Below are positions 1-14,211 of a stretch of 64,000 nucleotides of DNA, piece after piece. The stretch covers positions 33,294,001-33,358,000 of the forward strand of contig OX597816.1 of NCBI GenBank assembly GCA_951406725.2, given 5' to 3'. Positions within the stretch are counted from its first letter, which is position 1. Each line of letters begins with the position of its first letter. The position numbers were made by a program, and so were the translations under genes. The notes beneath the pieces are model-generated. The model saw only the letters and a list, made by a program, of their open reading frames with translations, was not told where the DNA came from and ran no database searches. This stretch comes from Octopus vulgaris. Lineage: Eukaryota.

Positions 1-124
1 CAAACTTTTGGAATATTTTACTCAATTTAAAAAAATTTCCACTTATAGTTCATGACTGTAAGTTTTTAGTTCACCATACCCTTTCCGGGTTCATGAAAGC
101 CTGTTTCTCAACATTAGTTTTAAG

Positions 125-330
125 TGCCCCAGTAATTATAGGTTTAAAGCTAAAGTTTCTCATTAGTTCAGCCTAGATATTTTATTTTTCCCTTATCTTT
201 AAGCATTATATTAATATCCATTATTGTACACAATTGCTTTTCTTTGCCCAGGATCATTATACCTGGTCTGTTATATCCACATTTTACTGTAATTTTGGCA
301 GGGGCATTTGTCTATACTATGATTGATAAA
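125..330 (-). mobile_element. Degenerate C-terminal restriction-like endonuclease (RLE) fragment of an R4/NeSL-type non-LTR retrotransposon
   Basis: Minus-strand frames give KCGYNRPGIMILGKEKQLCTIMDINI (cf. RLE NRPDI..D...C.IIDI) and then ELMRNFSFKPIITGAL (cf. PIIIGALG), with stops and frameshifts. Boundaries are approximate. Confidence 0.7.
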
Positions 331-464
331 TAAAAAATATCTTCTAATTAACTGTAAATTCATTTTTTATCTTCATATCTATTCTTCCTACAGACTCTCT
401 TGAAATATGTTTTGACAAGGACATCATGCTTCATAGATAGATAGATATGATAATGATATTTTAA

Positions 465-687
465 CCCTTTTGTTACCAACCTGGCTGAAACCTGCTCTGG
501 CTTCTGTAGTACAAAGGTCTTGTTTTCATAAGTTTTGAATTAAAAATCTTCCACCAAACCTTAGTCACAATTTATGTTCCTAACACTAGCTGAATGATAA
601 CTAAGTTATTTTACTAAATTCTTTGTTATATTCAAAGTAACTGAAAGAAACACAGAGCATCTCAACAGAAATACAGTAATGAAAGGG
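465..687. mobile_element. piggyBac-like MITE
   Basis: TTAA|CCCTTTTGTTAC ... GTAATGAAAGGG|TTAA: about 12-bp imperfect TIRs starting CCC, with TTAA target sites at 461-464 and 688-691. A decayed reverse-oriented relative lies at about 15427-15656. Confidence 0.7.
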
Positions 688-1232
688 TTAAAGCAGCTAA
701 TTTTGATAGCTGTGTAAAAATTTTACAGAGTCTTCATCAGCTTTCATATCTAGAGACTTCACTGTAACCTTGTCTTTTATTTTTGGTGTGTCAGGTATTT
801 CCGTTATTTCTGCAGCTTAAATCAGTGAATAGAACTCAATCTTCTTCAATAAGCAGAGATATTAAATGTTGTGTTTGTGAATGAGAATATTTGAGCGTGT
901 AGGTATAGTTGTGTGTATATGAATATGTGTGAGTGTGTCTATGTATTTAAATGTGTGTATATGCCTGTGTGTTAGTATGTGAATGCGTATGCCTATGAGT
1001 ATTTATATGAGGCTGTCCTGCCATCTTCCTCTCAACCTATTTCTGTGTACATATAGTTGTGTGTATACAAATCTATTTGATTGTGTGTGTGTATGTATGA
1101 TATGCTGTCCAACCTTCTTCTCAATACACATATCATCTCCACTCCCACTATCATGTACTAACCATTACATCCAATCCTTCTCCAGAACATCAGCCTTCCA
1201 TAATTCCATCCACATTCATGTTTTTACTGCAG

Positions 1233-1355
1233 AGGTTGACTTGCAGCTATTAAAGAGCAGAGTTAATGACATCAACCTCACTGGACTTGGAGACATTACT
1301 ATGGCTATAGGCACCGCCCGTTCTCTCCTGAATAATGCAACAAAAATATGCTTTG
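1233..1355 (+). CDS. Probable internal coding exon of an unidentified plus-strand gene, VWA-domain-like
   Basis: tttttactgcag|AG GTT...TGC TTT G|gtaaat; 123 nt, phase 1-1, open frame EVDLQLLKSRVNDINLTGLGDITMAIGTARSLLNNATKICF, in non-repetitive sequence between microsatellites. The LK..VN.I...G..D.......A...L.N pattern resembles, from memory, VWA helices such as those of alpha2-delta subunits. Confidence 0.55.
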
Positions 1356-1654
1356 GTAAATAAAATCACATATGTGTGTGTGTATGTGTGTGTGTGTGTG
1401 TATGTGTGCTTGTGGGTTGATTGCATGAGATAGAGAGAAAGAGAGGCTCTGTGTGGGTGCATGTTATGTGCACATGTGTGAGAGAATGATAGAGTGTGTA
1501 TGTAGAAAAAATAGTATTAATATGTGTGCAAGAAAAACAGTGTCCATGTGTATCTATGTGTGTATATATGGGTGCATATGAGGATGTATATGTGTGTGCA
1601 TATGGCTGTGTGAGCTTGAGTGGATGCTTGACTGAGATTATGTATGTGTGTATG

Positions 1655-1688
<34 letters not shown>

Positions 1689-2656
1689 TGTATGTATCTG
1701 TGTATGTTTATATGTATGTATGCATGTATGAATAATAGACAGAGTGTGTGTGAGGTTTCTGCATGTGTGTACATGTGTGATTCTTTATCACGGATACATA
1801 TGCAATAATCATTATTTTCTTTTGCTAATTTGGTGATTAATTGAATTTTCTGGTATCCCATAATTAGAATTACACAACATGTAAAGATATATTTTGAGAC
1901 AAAAATTAATTTATTGACTGACATAGCATCAGGAAAGTGCCACATTGGCTGGCTAAATCAATACAAAATTAGACATCAGCAAGGGAAATGTGGGCCAATC
2001 AGAAATCCTTTATATGGTTTCCCAACATGCTAGTAATAACAACCAAGTCTTCCATTAATCATGCTATACAGTCTTAAAGAAAGAAGGACAATGTGACTAG
2101 TATAAGGAGAGATATAACAAATATAGAATGGTCAAGGAAGGAACATCATCTGTCATCAGTTTGATTAATCATGGCTGAATGGGGTTTAATTAACAATAAA
2201 AATTACAACCTCATGCGGAATCAGTTTTTTGTATTTGACTATGAAGAAAGGAGTTCCAGGATTGACTTGGTATGTACACTGGGCTTCTCATGAAAGCTCA
2301 GAATATATGATGTGGACACATTACACCCATCTTAAGTATTGTTGCCCACTACAGGCTTTGCTGGTCACTGCTTTCTTGCTGAAAACCAGGTCATATTGTT
2401 TCTATCATGTTATATTTTGGAAACTTCTATATCATAACAAGTAATAAAGACCATTCCACAACAGGGATGTTATTGGCTGATACACAACAAGAAATTGAAG
2501 ACCTACAAATCTAAGGGGGTGGGCAGAGATTTCCAGTGCATCTTGGTTGAAGCTAACTTGACTATTTATAACAGTATTTTTTTGCTAGATACAGCATCAC
2601 ATCTGCAGATAGAGACATAACCATAAATAGAGATTTAAGTACACATGATTCAATTA

Positions 2657-2915
2657 CGTGCTGGTGGCACGTAAAAAGCACCATCTGATCGTGGTCGTTT
2701 GCCAGCCCCGTCTGGCACCTGTGCAGGTGGCACATAAAAATCACCCACTACACTCATGGAGTGGTTGGCGTTAGGAAGGGCATCCAGCTGTAGAAACACT
2801 GCCAGATCAGACTGGGCCTGGCGCAGCCTTCTGGCTTCCCAGACCCCAGTTGAACCATCCAACCCATGCTAGCATGGAAAACGGACGTTAAACGATGATG
2901 ATGATGATGATGATG
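2657..2915 (+). mobile_element. Short interspersed repeat with (GAT)n tail (RTE-type 3' end or RTE-mobilised SINE)
   Basis: ggcgttaggaagggcatccagctgtagaaac...ccaacccatgctagcatggaaaacggacgttaaacgatgatgatg. Reverse copy at about 32197-32395 and a decayed copy at about 30125-30290. Confidence 0.75.
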
Positions 2916-4182
2916 TAAGAGTGGGATTGTTCACAGTTTTAAAGAATAGGTAGTTTCCATTGTCTTCTGAGCCGCTTTAAGCTTAAGGAGATTGATGTTG
3001 TTAAATTTCTCATAAAATGTTGTAAGCCAACAGCTGCAGAAAAAGACATAGAGAAAGGGAATTTTAGATGAATGACATTTTGGAGATGAAGGACTAAACA
3101 TGGAGGTGAATACAGAGTCTGGAGGATCAGGCATAATGTAGGGAATTAAAGGAGAAGAGACAAATGAGTCAAGAGTCTCCGAGAGGAGGTGACATGAAAC
3201 CAATCATCTTCAAAGAACAAGATATTGGTAGTGGAAACAGAAAAAACAAAGAGAGGAGATAGCATAACTTTGGTTTATGGAGTGTGTTGGTGTGTGACTC
3301 ATTAAAAATCAGCTAGGTGGTGCTTTAGTATGTGAAAGGACATGGACTAATTATGTAAAGCAGTGTCTTGTCTACTTCTCATCATAATCATCATCATCTT
3401 TAACAGTATCAGTATCATCCTAAGTATTATGGACATTAACATTCATCACCAGTCCATCATCATGATTATGAAGATGATTGTCATCATCTCCTCATCAACA
3501 TCATCGTTGTCATCACTTTCATTTCAACCATTAATATTGTAATTAGCAATGCAGTCAACTATTGAATTGGTAAATATAAAAACCAAATTTTGCTCAACAA
3601 ATTTACAAAACTATATAAATTATGGATGATGGGATGTAAATATGAACTCATCCATGAAATAAAGATTGGATAGATTTGATGTTGATGTGAATACTGATCA
3701 AAAGTTGGCCCAAAATCACATTTGCAATATCACTTACAGGACAGGACAGTTGGAATTAGTGATCAACTACATCTGTTCTATGGAGAAGAGTTGAAGCAGT
3801 TTATGACAGACACTGTTACTATTATAATGGTTGCTTGAAATGTTACCACAGAGCCAGAAGGTTTTGAGGTGAGAGGGAGTCGACTACATTGATTCTAGTA
3901 AAGACTGGTACTTATATTATTGACCCCAGAAGGATGAAAAGCAAAGCTGACTTTGGCAGAATTTGAGCTCAGAACCGAGAGACAGATGAAATACCACTCA
4001 GCATTTTGTTTAGCATGCTAACAGTTTTGCCTGCTCATCACCTAAAGTATTAGTATTACAAAAGCAACCACATAAGGGAGGGAGTGTCTATATCAGTAGT
4101 TCTCATTTGGGATTCAGGTGGACACTGGGGATCTATATAAGATTTTAAGGGATGCATGCAAGCATAATAGTAAATTGGGGAT

Positions 4183-4515
4183 ACAACACCCATGGACATG
4201 TTTACAAAGTCAGAAAACAGCACAGCTCCCATGACTTTAGGAAACATTTTTTCACGCTGAGAGTTGCTGAAGCATGGAACAAACTGCCAGCATCAGTTGT
4301 TAGTTGTCGGAGCACTGCATCCTTCAAAACTTCCATGCTTTCTGAGATTCACCAACACTACACCTGATTTTCTCTCCTCCATACACACACAAGCATGTAT
4401 CTGACTCATACATTGTTCGCTTTCCAGACATTTGTACATTACTGCATATACTTTATACGCACTTTCTGACAAGTTGTAGTGCACCTGAGCACTGTATACA
4501 ATAATTTCTTTATTA
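4183..4515 (+). mobile_element. CR1-clade LINE 3' end (ORF2 C-terminus plus 3' UTR)
   Basis: NTHGHVYKVRKQHSSHDFRKHFFTLRVAEAWNKLPASVVSCRSTASFK matches the CR1 ORF2 C-terminal pattern TRGH..K.....RK.FF..RV...WN.LP..VV...S...FK. Stop at 4367, then UTR and an AT tail. Confidence 0.85.
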
Positions 4516-4822
4516 TATATATATATTTTAAGGGTCCATGAAACCTTTTGCAAGAAACAGCTAGGTTTAACATGTTTCTGGCATCTGAAACATGTTCTCT
4601 CAGGGAATGCTGTTGCACAATTATACAAGAGAATGTATGGAAAACAAAATAGGAATTTTGAAACACTACAACTAGCTTTTAAACATTGGATAGCTATAGG
4701 GCTCCACCAGAATAGAATAATAAGGAAAGGGGGTCCAAAGGTAGAAAAAAATGATTGAGTATCACTGGTCTACATAGTCAATACACCTGCTAGAAATAGC
4801 AGTTAAATCTCTCTCAATCTAA

Positions 4823-5125
4823 TGTTGCCATTTTCAAGCCTAGCCAGGCTCATGGGCCCGGTTTCCCGGTTTCTGTGGCGTATGTGTTCCCCCCAGCTGG
4901 ACGGGACACCAGTCCATCGCAGCGTTACTCAAGAAACAGGAAGAGAGAAAAAGTTGTGGCGAAAGAGTACAACAGGGGTTGCCATCACTCCCTATCAGAG
5001 CCTCGTGGAGCTTTTAGGTGTTTTCGCTCAATAAACACACACAACGCCTGGTCTGGGAATCCAAACTGTGATCCTCCAACTGTGAGTCCACTGCCCCAAC
5101 CACTGGGCCATTGCACATCCACCTA
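4823..5125 (-). mobile_element. tRNA-derived SINE, family A
   Basis: Reverse-complement homologue of 41968-42273, with tRNA-like head ggatgtgcaatggcccagtggttggggcagtggactc... and a candidate TSD AATCTAA at 4816-4822 and 5126-5132. Confidence 0.85.
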
Positions 5126-5730
5126 AATCTAACACTACTGTTTAAGAAAAGGAAAGGGAAAGCAAATCAAGGAAATATTGGAGATTGTTGCCAGCCATAT
5201 GCAGATAAATATGGAATGGTGAAGGTTGGAAATGTTTTGATAATAGGTATGCAAGATAAGGACAGATTTGTGGTCAATCAACTATAAAAATGTCATTCAT
5301 ATCTCCTTCAAATGAACTCCTACCATTTTAAGTGAATAAACAATATACTAAATAAAATATAGTCTTATAGGTGACTGGTCGGTTGCATCCTGGACAAGTA
5401 AAAATCAAGAATAGAAGATGCCAATTATCAATATATGTAAACAGAGATTTGATCAAATCGTCCGCTTTACTTAGCGATTTTGAATATTTGTCATTAATTG
5501 TATTTCATTCCATTCTGGAACTAGCATGCATGCATACACACACATGTGCAAGCATGTACGCACACACACACACATATTTTTAAAATTCTTTATCCCATTT
5601 CCATGTACCAAGTTCACTCACAAGGCCTTGATCAACTTAGGGCTATAGTAGGAGACATGTGCCCAAGGAGTCATGCAGTAAGACTGAATCCAGAACCATA
5701 TGGTTCAGAAGTAAAAGTGTTACGACATAT

Positions 5731-5960
5731 ATTTCTTTATTGCCCACAAGGGGTTAAACAAAGAGGGGACAAACAAAGACAGACAAAGGGATTAAGTTGA
5801 GTACATCGACCCCAGTGCAAAACTGGTACCTTATTTATCGACCCGGAAAGGATGAAAGGCAAAGTCGACCTCGGCGGAATTTGAACTCAGAACGCAATGG
5901 CAGACGAAATACGGCTATGCATTTGACCCAGCGTGCTAACGGTTCTGCCAACTTGCCGCC
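5731..5960 (-). mobile_element. tRNA-derived SINE, family C (MetaSINE-like central domain), nested in an older family-B SINE
   Basis: Minus strand reads ggcggcaagttggcagaaccgttagcacgc...gagttcaaattccgccgaggtcgactttgcctttcatcctttccgggtcgataaataaggtaccag. Family-B sequence continues on both sides (about 5596-5727 and 5961-5995). Further copies at about 3845-4043, 22097-22292, 25866-26050, 28290-28500 and 53695-53870. Confidence 0.8.
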
Positions 5961-6288
5961 CTAAACATCTTACAACATAGCCACACCTGAGCCTATACAT
6001 ACATTCATTCAAACATACATACATATATCTACACATACACATTTATATATGCACACATTACATACAAATGTAGCGTATATAAAAAGATGAAAGCGCTCAA
6101 TATTAGAGAAGGAGAGGTTTAATGGCACATATATATAATCAACTGCTAAATTTCTGAATTCAGTACGCAAGCTAAATGACATTTTGGGTTTCAGCAGGCC
6201 TGATGAATATATTAATACATGAAACAACCGTAAACACAACAAACTCCATATAATCATATTATAAACGTACATACACACAGACATATAC

Positions 6289-6356
<68 letters not shown>

Positions 6357-6893
6357 TTGATATAAATATAGATACATTTATATATATATATATATATTAT
6401 ATATCACATATATATATATATATAACATACACAGCTACTACACACTCATTAATGTCACAGAGACATCTACGCATATAGCTGCCAAAGTAAGACATTCTTT
6501 TAAAATTCTGTTGTCCAGTATTTTAAGTTCTAATTGAACATATTTTGAATTTATAAATGTAAAAATCTGTCATTTCAGATGTATTATTTAAAAAATAAAT
6601 AAAAATTTATTTTTCCATAATTTTTTCAATTGATGGTATTTATTAATTAAGACCAACATTAAAATTATGATTTCTTGTATTATTTATTCTGGCATAAACC
6701 TCAGAGAAAAAGATATATGTATATTACATTTTATATATGGGAAGAGCAAAAAAAAAAAATGATTATGATTCTAATTATGAATCTAATTAGTATAATGTCC
6801 TTTGTAGTTTTAGCTGTCAGAAATAAGCTGGCATATGTTGGGGAGTATACTCTCCCATATAGAGAAAAATGCCATGTATAACTGCATACATAC

Positions 6894-6944
<51 letters not shown>

Positions 6945-7076
6945 AGTATATGTATACATACATATAAATATATATATATTTATATATATATATATACATA
7001 TATATGTGTGTATATATGTATACACATACATGTGCACATACAAATATATATATATATATATATAGATACATGTAAA

Positions 7077-7122
<46 letters not shown>

Positions 7123-7643
7123 AACACATATATACATACATATACACATGTTTTTCATTAGTAATTTTTCGAAGTGACTCAAGGGTTGGGAGTCTTGTGC
7201 ATCAGTAAACACACAAAACTATAAGCACATGAGTCACTGTGTAACTTCTGCTGATTATTAACAAAAGATATTTATTCATTCATGTTTGTATTTTATTTTT
7301 CTGTTTGCATCATCAAAGCCATGTACATACATACATACACACACACGTATATATATGTATATGTATATATATATGTGAAATTTTTGTTAGTGTGTCGTGT
7401 ATGACTGTGTGTGTGTGTTTCATGTTTATTGATAAGTGTATGCTTACATAAGAACTATCAATATTTCTTTAACTCTTTAAAGATGAATGTGTTGCAGTTT
7501 GTTTTTGTATGCACTAGTGAGTGTTTTAAGAGCAGATCACAACATGCTTTCACAAAAGTATGCACATTTTTATAGCTTCAATATAAATATTAACACACAT
7601 GCTTTCTAGCCTGTAAACTTACATGCTGAAACAATATACATGT

Positions 7644-7707
<64 letters not shown>

Positions 7708-7855
7708 TTTATTTATCCACCCATTTTCAATATTCCTCATCATCTCAAACTATGTTCAATACATATGCACATGCAAAATAAAAGCTTAAAATTTTTACTA
7801 CTTTCAAAATTAATGAAATAATGCAATAGATGAATTTTTCTTCAAGATATTAGAG

Positions 7856-8158
7856 CAGTGAGTCCCAAAATCTTTCTTTTTTACTTGTGGTATACTTTAG
7901 AGCAAATAACAATATGCAATGTCCATAAAACCAAGATATATTTTCAAACAAGGTATTTATACTTTTTAACCTTTAAATATTTATGTAAACTACACAAAAT
8001 TAATAAGTACTTGTTTTTGTAGCAGAGTCATCAAATAGAAACATGAATTGTTGATTTTTGGCAGGGTTTTTAACATTTTTTAAATATAAATTTTCATATT
8101 AATTTTTCAACATATTGCAGCACAGCAGTGTTATGCCGTGCATCATTTGGGACTCACT
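7856..8158. mobile_element. hAT-like MITE
   Basis: TIRs CAGTGAGTCCCAAA (7856-7869) and TTTGGGACTCACT (8146-8158), AT-rich non-coding interior. No clear TSD. Confidence 0.55.
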
Positions 8159-10845
8159 TCATCAAGTTATCTTTGCATAAATCTAGCTCATATGTGTATT
8201 TGTTTATCACTGTTGTATTGAGTGTGTATGAAAAGATATTGACATATATATATATATATTTTAATATCACAAATAGGGGCAAACACAAACATTTGGGAAC
8301 AAGCATGGCAAGCTCCTGGCAATTCAATATCATGACATCATTTTCAATCTCAGTTGATACAAATTTATCTTACCTATGCTATTAATACATGGAAAAAGTT
8401 CTCAGTACGGCAATATATCAAGTAAGATTCTTGTACAATGCAAGGATTTTTGGGCCCATTTAAAACAAACCAATAATTTTCAGTAATGGAACCAAGATTT
8501 TTGATGAAGATTATTTTGTATTTAATTCAGAAATGGAAAATTTATTTTCAAATTTTTGTAAAGCTCAAAAAGATTGCACACACAGACACACACACACACA
8601 CACACACATATAGGTACATATATATACATTTATATACTGATACATGTGTGTGTATATATAAATATGTATATTTTGTATATACATACATATATATTCATAC
8701 ACACACATATACACACTTGCGTGCTTGTATAGAAATATCCTACCACATGCACATACACACTTATATAGAAAACAAGCCCCTTCTAAACTACACTTAAAAT
8801 TCAATCTAAGCCCATATTGCAAGTATTTAAGCTAATGTACCATATGGAAGAATCAAATTCAGAGTCTTGTGATTGTGAAGGATACTACTTAACCACATGA
8901 CCATTCCTTCCTTTATCTCACAAGAATATTCACATTGAGCTGTCGTTGCTATCTGTGTTTTTTATCTTTTTGTTTTCTTATATTTTCACCTTCATAAATA
9001 TTCTATCATCTAACCATATTGGTGCTACCAAAATTTGTTCTGTTAAAATTTTATTTATACTGGATATCAGAATGAATGAAGATTCTATCTTTTAACATGT
9101 GGCAACATAAACAAACTTCATTTAGGTATCAACTCTCTGGAAGAATGTATTTTTCTCTCAAACTTACCATCACCTAACTCAGAGAAAGTTTTTAATGAAA
9201 TTCCCATTTGACATCAACATTCACAGGAATATTTTCTCCAAATCCCCAGTAGAATTCTTGCTTCAAATTCAAAATATGTATATATTTAGTAAAGTCTTGC
9301 ATTATTAGTTTTTGTTTTTAGAATGTTTTCATGAGAATAAACTACTTTCAAGAATGAATTTTATGCTTTTGTTTATGAGTATTTTTTTTCCAGTTTCTCT
9401 ATAAGAAATACTAGTTGGTAATATCATTCTCAATGATGACTTTTACTTTTGTGTAACCTTCAAATGGAAAAAAAAAATTACTAAATTTTTTTATAAGATT
9501 AGTTTTTCTTTCTCTGAAGTTTGCCTCAAATAGCTGTGGTCCCACAGTTGTGAGCACATTTTTGTGAAATAGATTTAACACTTTCATAGGGAAGAGAAGA
9601 GAAAAAAATATCTGATACAAGATTTAATTCCAAAACACCGGCAATGTTTAAAATGCAATGGGATTCAATGATTTTCAGTATTATATTCACAAACAAAGAC
9701 TACTTAATAGGTTAATTACAAAACTAATCAGACTTTACAGATTATGCAGTTTCAGAATTTCAGTAAATGAATTTACAAACAGAATTAAGCGAAGATGTAA
9801 TATAAATGAAGAAAACTCTTGACTAATTGCACATATGAAATAGAGAGACAAACTTATTTGTTTTTAATTGATTTTTGATGATAATTAATGGAAAACAAAT
9901 ATTGGGGGAAAAGAGTTAAATGTAGCAGAAAATTGGCTGAATTATATGCACAATACACTCATACAAGTATATATGCAATACAGATACACAAGTATACACA
10001 GACGCACACAAACACACACACACATATGCACACGTGTGAGAGAGAAAGAGAATATGTATGAGTTTGTGTATGCGAGTGTGTATTTGAATGTATGTATATG
10101 TATATAATAATCACTATAATTGAGTGTTGGTTGTGTATATGCGGTACCATCCTGAATCCAACATACCTGGTGAAAACCCCTTTCTTACCAATAGTCAACA
10201 TTCCCTCACCCCAGGCACAATTTCTATTATGGTACTCTTGTTCTCTTCAACCACTGATCCTGGTGATTTTTTTTAATATCAGTTTATATCAACCATGGTG
10301 CCCCAGCATGGCCGTGGCCTTCGGGCTAAAACATTTTATATCAGCTGGTCCCATTCTTAATGACATTGCCTTCAAGTGAATGTACGTAGCATGAAGTAAG
10401 GAAGGCACTTTAGCATTATGGAGTAAAAGTGTTGGTGCCATGGGGAACTACATTCAGAATCTCTGTAAAATATTTCATCTCAGGATGGATAACCAGCAGC
10501 CAAAGTCATGTCAGAAATGCAACACACAAGTGAAAAGTGGTTCTTCAACCAATGCAGATATAGAGTAACTTCAAACAAGAATGCTATCAGACCATAAGGA
10601 GCTATGCATCTAATATCAGTATGGAGACAGAAATATAATGCTAATGATAATGTGCATATATATATATATATGCACATTATCTAATTATTCTAATTTATAT
10701 ATATGTATTATATTTTGTGAAATTTGATTTAGTATTTTTAAATTGAATTTTTCCCTGTAAGTTTGGAATAATATTCCCTCATATTATTATTATCATTATT
10801 ATTATTATTATTACTATTATTAATATATTATTATTATTATTATTA

Positions 10846-10892
<47 letters not shown>

Positions 10893-11129
10893 GTGTGTGT
10901 GTGTGTGTGTATAGTAATAATATTAGGGAATAAATTATTATTCCAACTTTACAGGTAAAATTCAGTATAATAATATTAGACGAATTTCGTAATTTATAAT
11001 ATATGTATATAACTAATTTAGAGATGAACCCCCCACTTCACAACTCAGTCAATGATTGAATTGTGGAGTGGTGGTTCGTCTCTAAATTAGTTATATATAT
11101 ATATATATATTTAGATAAAGATAGTTATG

Positions 11130-11635
11130 ACTAGTCTATCGGGTTATGCAAGGATTCACATCCATAAAGTGTTTAACTTTACAGTGTTGCATCAGACCCT
11201 AATGTCCAGTGGTCCATAACCTCTCTTCAAAGTAGAAGAAAAAATCTCATGGATGGACATTAGACACAGAGTCAATAGAGAAGTATCCCTTGGATCACTA
11301 TCTGGAATCAATCTGGTCACCTTGGAGGTCCCAGGATTTCAGCAAGAATCTCCTGAAGTGTAAGCAGGGTCCAAAGTCTTCCACCTGGGAATTTAAGATA
11401 TTCTTTAATATCCTTTCCTGTTCAGTTATGTGCAGCTTGCAATGCTTGCTCCCACTGATGTAGGGGCCGGATTTTCTAGGATCTTCCATGAAATTACTTG
11501 TGAAGTACATTTGTCCTTCAGCCATCACATATGGCTGGTCAAGAACATGGCACATCATCTCCCCAGGATCCTGAACAAAGATGTGTGGTTTGAATGGCAT
11601 TGCTTGAAGGTGTTTCAAGAACATCTTATGTATCT
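11130..11635 (-). mobile_element. Penelope-like element fragment (GIY-YIG endonuclease C-terminal half, degenerate)
   Basis: Minus frames give NTFKQCHSNHTSLFR...SHM*WLKDK...ISWKILE and then KSGPYISGSKHCKLHITEQERIL. These match the PLE pattern FK.R..NH..SF....LS..IW.LK.....I.W.I.....PY......C.LC..E...I. Left boundary approximate. Confidence 0.75.
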
Positions 11636-11998
11636 TTGAATACAGCTGCTGGCAATGCTGCTTCTGCTGATGTTGAAGCTGCTGCTTCCACTGTTGTTGG
11701 TGCTGGTGTTCTTAGTGTTGGTACCAGCATTGTTAGTACTGGTGAAAGTGGACATCATTGTTGGTTGCATTGGTGTTGGTACTGTTGTCTTTTTGTGTGT
11801 CTCTTTTGGTACTGCTATAGCAATTGCTATTGCTGTTGGAGCTCTTATCAGCACTATACCGATGAATATATGTGTATATCTAAATGTTTAAATATATATG
11901 TATATATATATGTATATACGTAGGTGTATATATGCATATATATATATATATGTATGTATATATATGTATTTATATATATACATGTATATATATATGTA

Positions 11999-12066
<68 letters not shown>

Positions 12067-12147
12067 CGGCGGTGTATATATATACGGCAGTGCATCAAAA
12101 TGGCTGCAGCTCTTAGCTGAAACTAGAGAAAAAAAAAATGTATGTAT

Positions 12148-12186
<39 letters not shown>

Positions 12187-12501
12187 CTTTTTTTTAAAGT
12201 TTCAGCTCAGAGCTGCGGCCATGCTGATGCACCACCGTTTAATAATATAATAATAATAATGAAATGACAACAAAAATATGACACCTTGACATTAGGTAAA
12301 TAGAGGAATTTATAAATGTATAGTTTAGGACAATGAGTAAGTTGTCATAATAGGACTCAGATTTTCAAATGCCAGAGCTAAGAGTTATGATGCATTCTGG
12401 TCGGCTATATGACAATAGACGTTATAAAAAAGTGGTGAATGTGGGTGTATGTAAATATGAAAGTATATAAGTGTGTATTTATGTATATATATATATGTTT
12501 G

Positions 12502-12586
<85 letters not shown>

Positions 12587-12984
12587 GTGTGTGTGTGTTT
12601 TGTACTGTTTTCTCATAAGTAGTACCAACAAAAAAACATATTCTATCCTGTTAGAGATAAATATTATTTAATACTCATGCTTTAAAAATGAGCAACTAAT
12701 GTTTTCATGCTGTGGAGATACAATTATTTGGCAGATATATATATATAACATGCCATGTGTTTTCAAGTAATCTTTCAGGCTTAGTGCATGCCATTAAAAC
12801 TATTTGTAAACCAGGATGTTGGTCTATGAAGAAAAAATGTGAAGAAGCCACATGCAAAATATAGAATGAGAAGAAAGAGAAAGAGAGTAAGAAAACCAAG
12901 ATCTTTATCCCCTTTGTCTTTAGAAATAATAATTAATCTATCCAGTGTAGAATAATATAATGGAAAGGAGGCCAAATTCTGTGA

Positions 12985-13490
12985 GCTAGCTACTTAATCC
13001 AGCTCAACAAAAGAAATTTGGTCATGTGCTTTCATTTGCTAAAACTTTTAGATCTGGAATTAAGTAGTTTGATAGAATTCTTGGATCTAAAGTGAATGTG
13101 CAATCTTTCAGCAACACATAACTTGCATCTCTTTGATCCATTTAGATATGGCATATATTTCTCCTCTGTTCTCCACTTGATTGTATGTTGTGTGCAGTTG
13201 GTCATTAAATTCATTGCCAGTTTAGTGGCTTTATTTTTATCAAAGTGGGGAAAGAATGCTAGTTGTTTCCATATTGGCTTTTAAAATTGCCTTCACATAA
13301 ACCAACATATTTTTTCTTCTTTACATTGTTTTGGAACACCAATGTAACATCAGCTTCATCAACAACGAAGCAGGCAAACTTCAGGATCTCAATAGTTACA
13401 ACTGGGAATAGGCTTTGCTGTAACTTGTGAGTGATAATGCCCTTCATTTTGAGGCAGCAGATGAATGAAAAGCAAAGGTTGTTGTTCAGA
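12985..13490 (-). mobile_element. Penelope-like element fragment (GIY-YIG endonuclease, degenerate)
   Basis: ORFs 13259-13447 (...VVDEADVT...KKYVGLCEGNFKSQYGNN) and 13032-13214 (IKWRTEEKYMPYLNGSKRCKLCVAERLHI...KLLNSRS) contain the YxG motif, the FK.RY.NH-like segment and the PY..GSKRC.LC..E motif. Confidence 0.85.
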
Positions 13491-13559
13491 ATGTATAGCT
13501 GCCAGGGTAAGAATGGGTTGCAAAATTTCTGCTGGCAATGAAGATCTTTTACCTTATGC

Positions 13560-13890
13560 TGAAAAGTACATTGTGTGATGCTTGTTTGATCTTATATGTT
13601 GTATGGGGTCTGAATGTAGAAGATTTGCAAAAGCCAGAAAGAAATGAGAAAATCAAGCTTTGATGAATGTGTAATGGTAACATACATAAACTCCAGAGAA
13701 CAAGGGAAAAACTGGGTACAGGGGAGAAGTCAGATGATGTCTGCTGAATAAGGATGTGCTAAGATAGTGCAATTTACAGATCAGGCTAAATCAAGAAAAT
13801 CTTGCACTGAAGGATTGAAGGCTTACCTGCTAATGCTGCACCACACAAGGGAAGACAGAGAATTGTATTTATTGGAAAGACCCATTCACT
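13560..13890 (+). mobile_element. Highly decayed RTE-clade LINE 3' fragment
   Basis: W.LNVEDLQKPERNE...and ...RKSCTEGLKAYLLML; homologous to 29680-30075. Confidence 0.5.
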
Positions 13891-14175
13891 TATGTTCACA
13901 CTTAAAGCCTAAAGATGAGGGCTTAGATGCTGCAATATTTGAACCTTGCCAGCCTATCTTACATCCTTGACTTCATTATTTTTATTACCATCCTTCAAAG
14001 CCATCTCCTATCACACATATTACTCCATCCCTCATCCCCGAAACATCTGTGTTGATCATAACATCATCATCGGTGTACATACTTGCCTTTCAGCAGAACT
14101 ATATATATACATATATGTATATGTACATATATATACATATATATATACATATACATATGATGATGATGATGATAA

Positions 14176-14211
<36 letters not shown>

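Noticed and set aside
2931-3260. 90-aa minus-strand ORF, possibly a decayed LINE ORF2 piece
   Set aside because: No diagnostic motif could be recovered by eye.
8277-8421. Exon-like segment (tag|...|gtaaga) with a single in-frame TGA in two frames; A-to-I (UGA to Trp) or selenocysteine recoding considered
   Set aside because: No recognisable protein in either frame, a weak acceptor and no SECIS seen. Recoding cannot be supported from sequence alone.
11594-11923. Hydrophobic or Ala/Val-rich ORFs resembling a membrane protein
   Set aside because: Degenerate (GTT/GCT)n trinucleotide tract adjoining a Penelope fragment.
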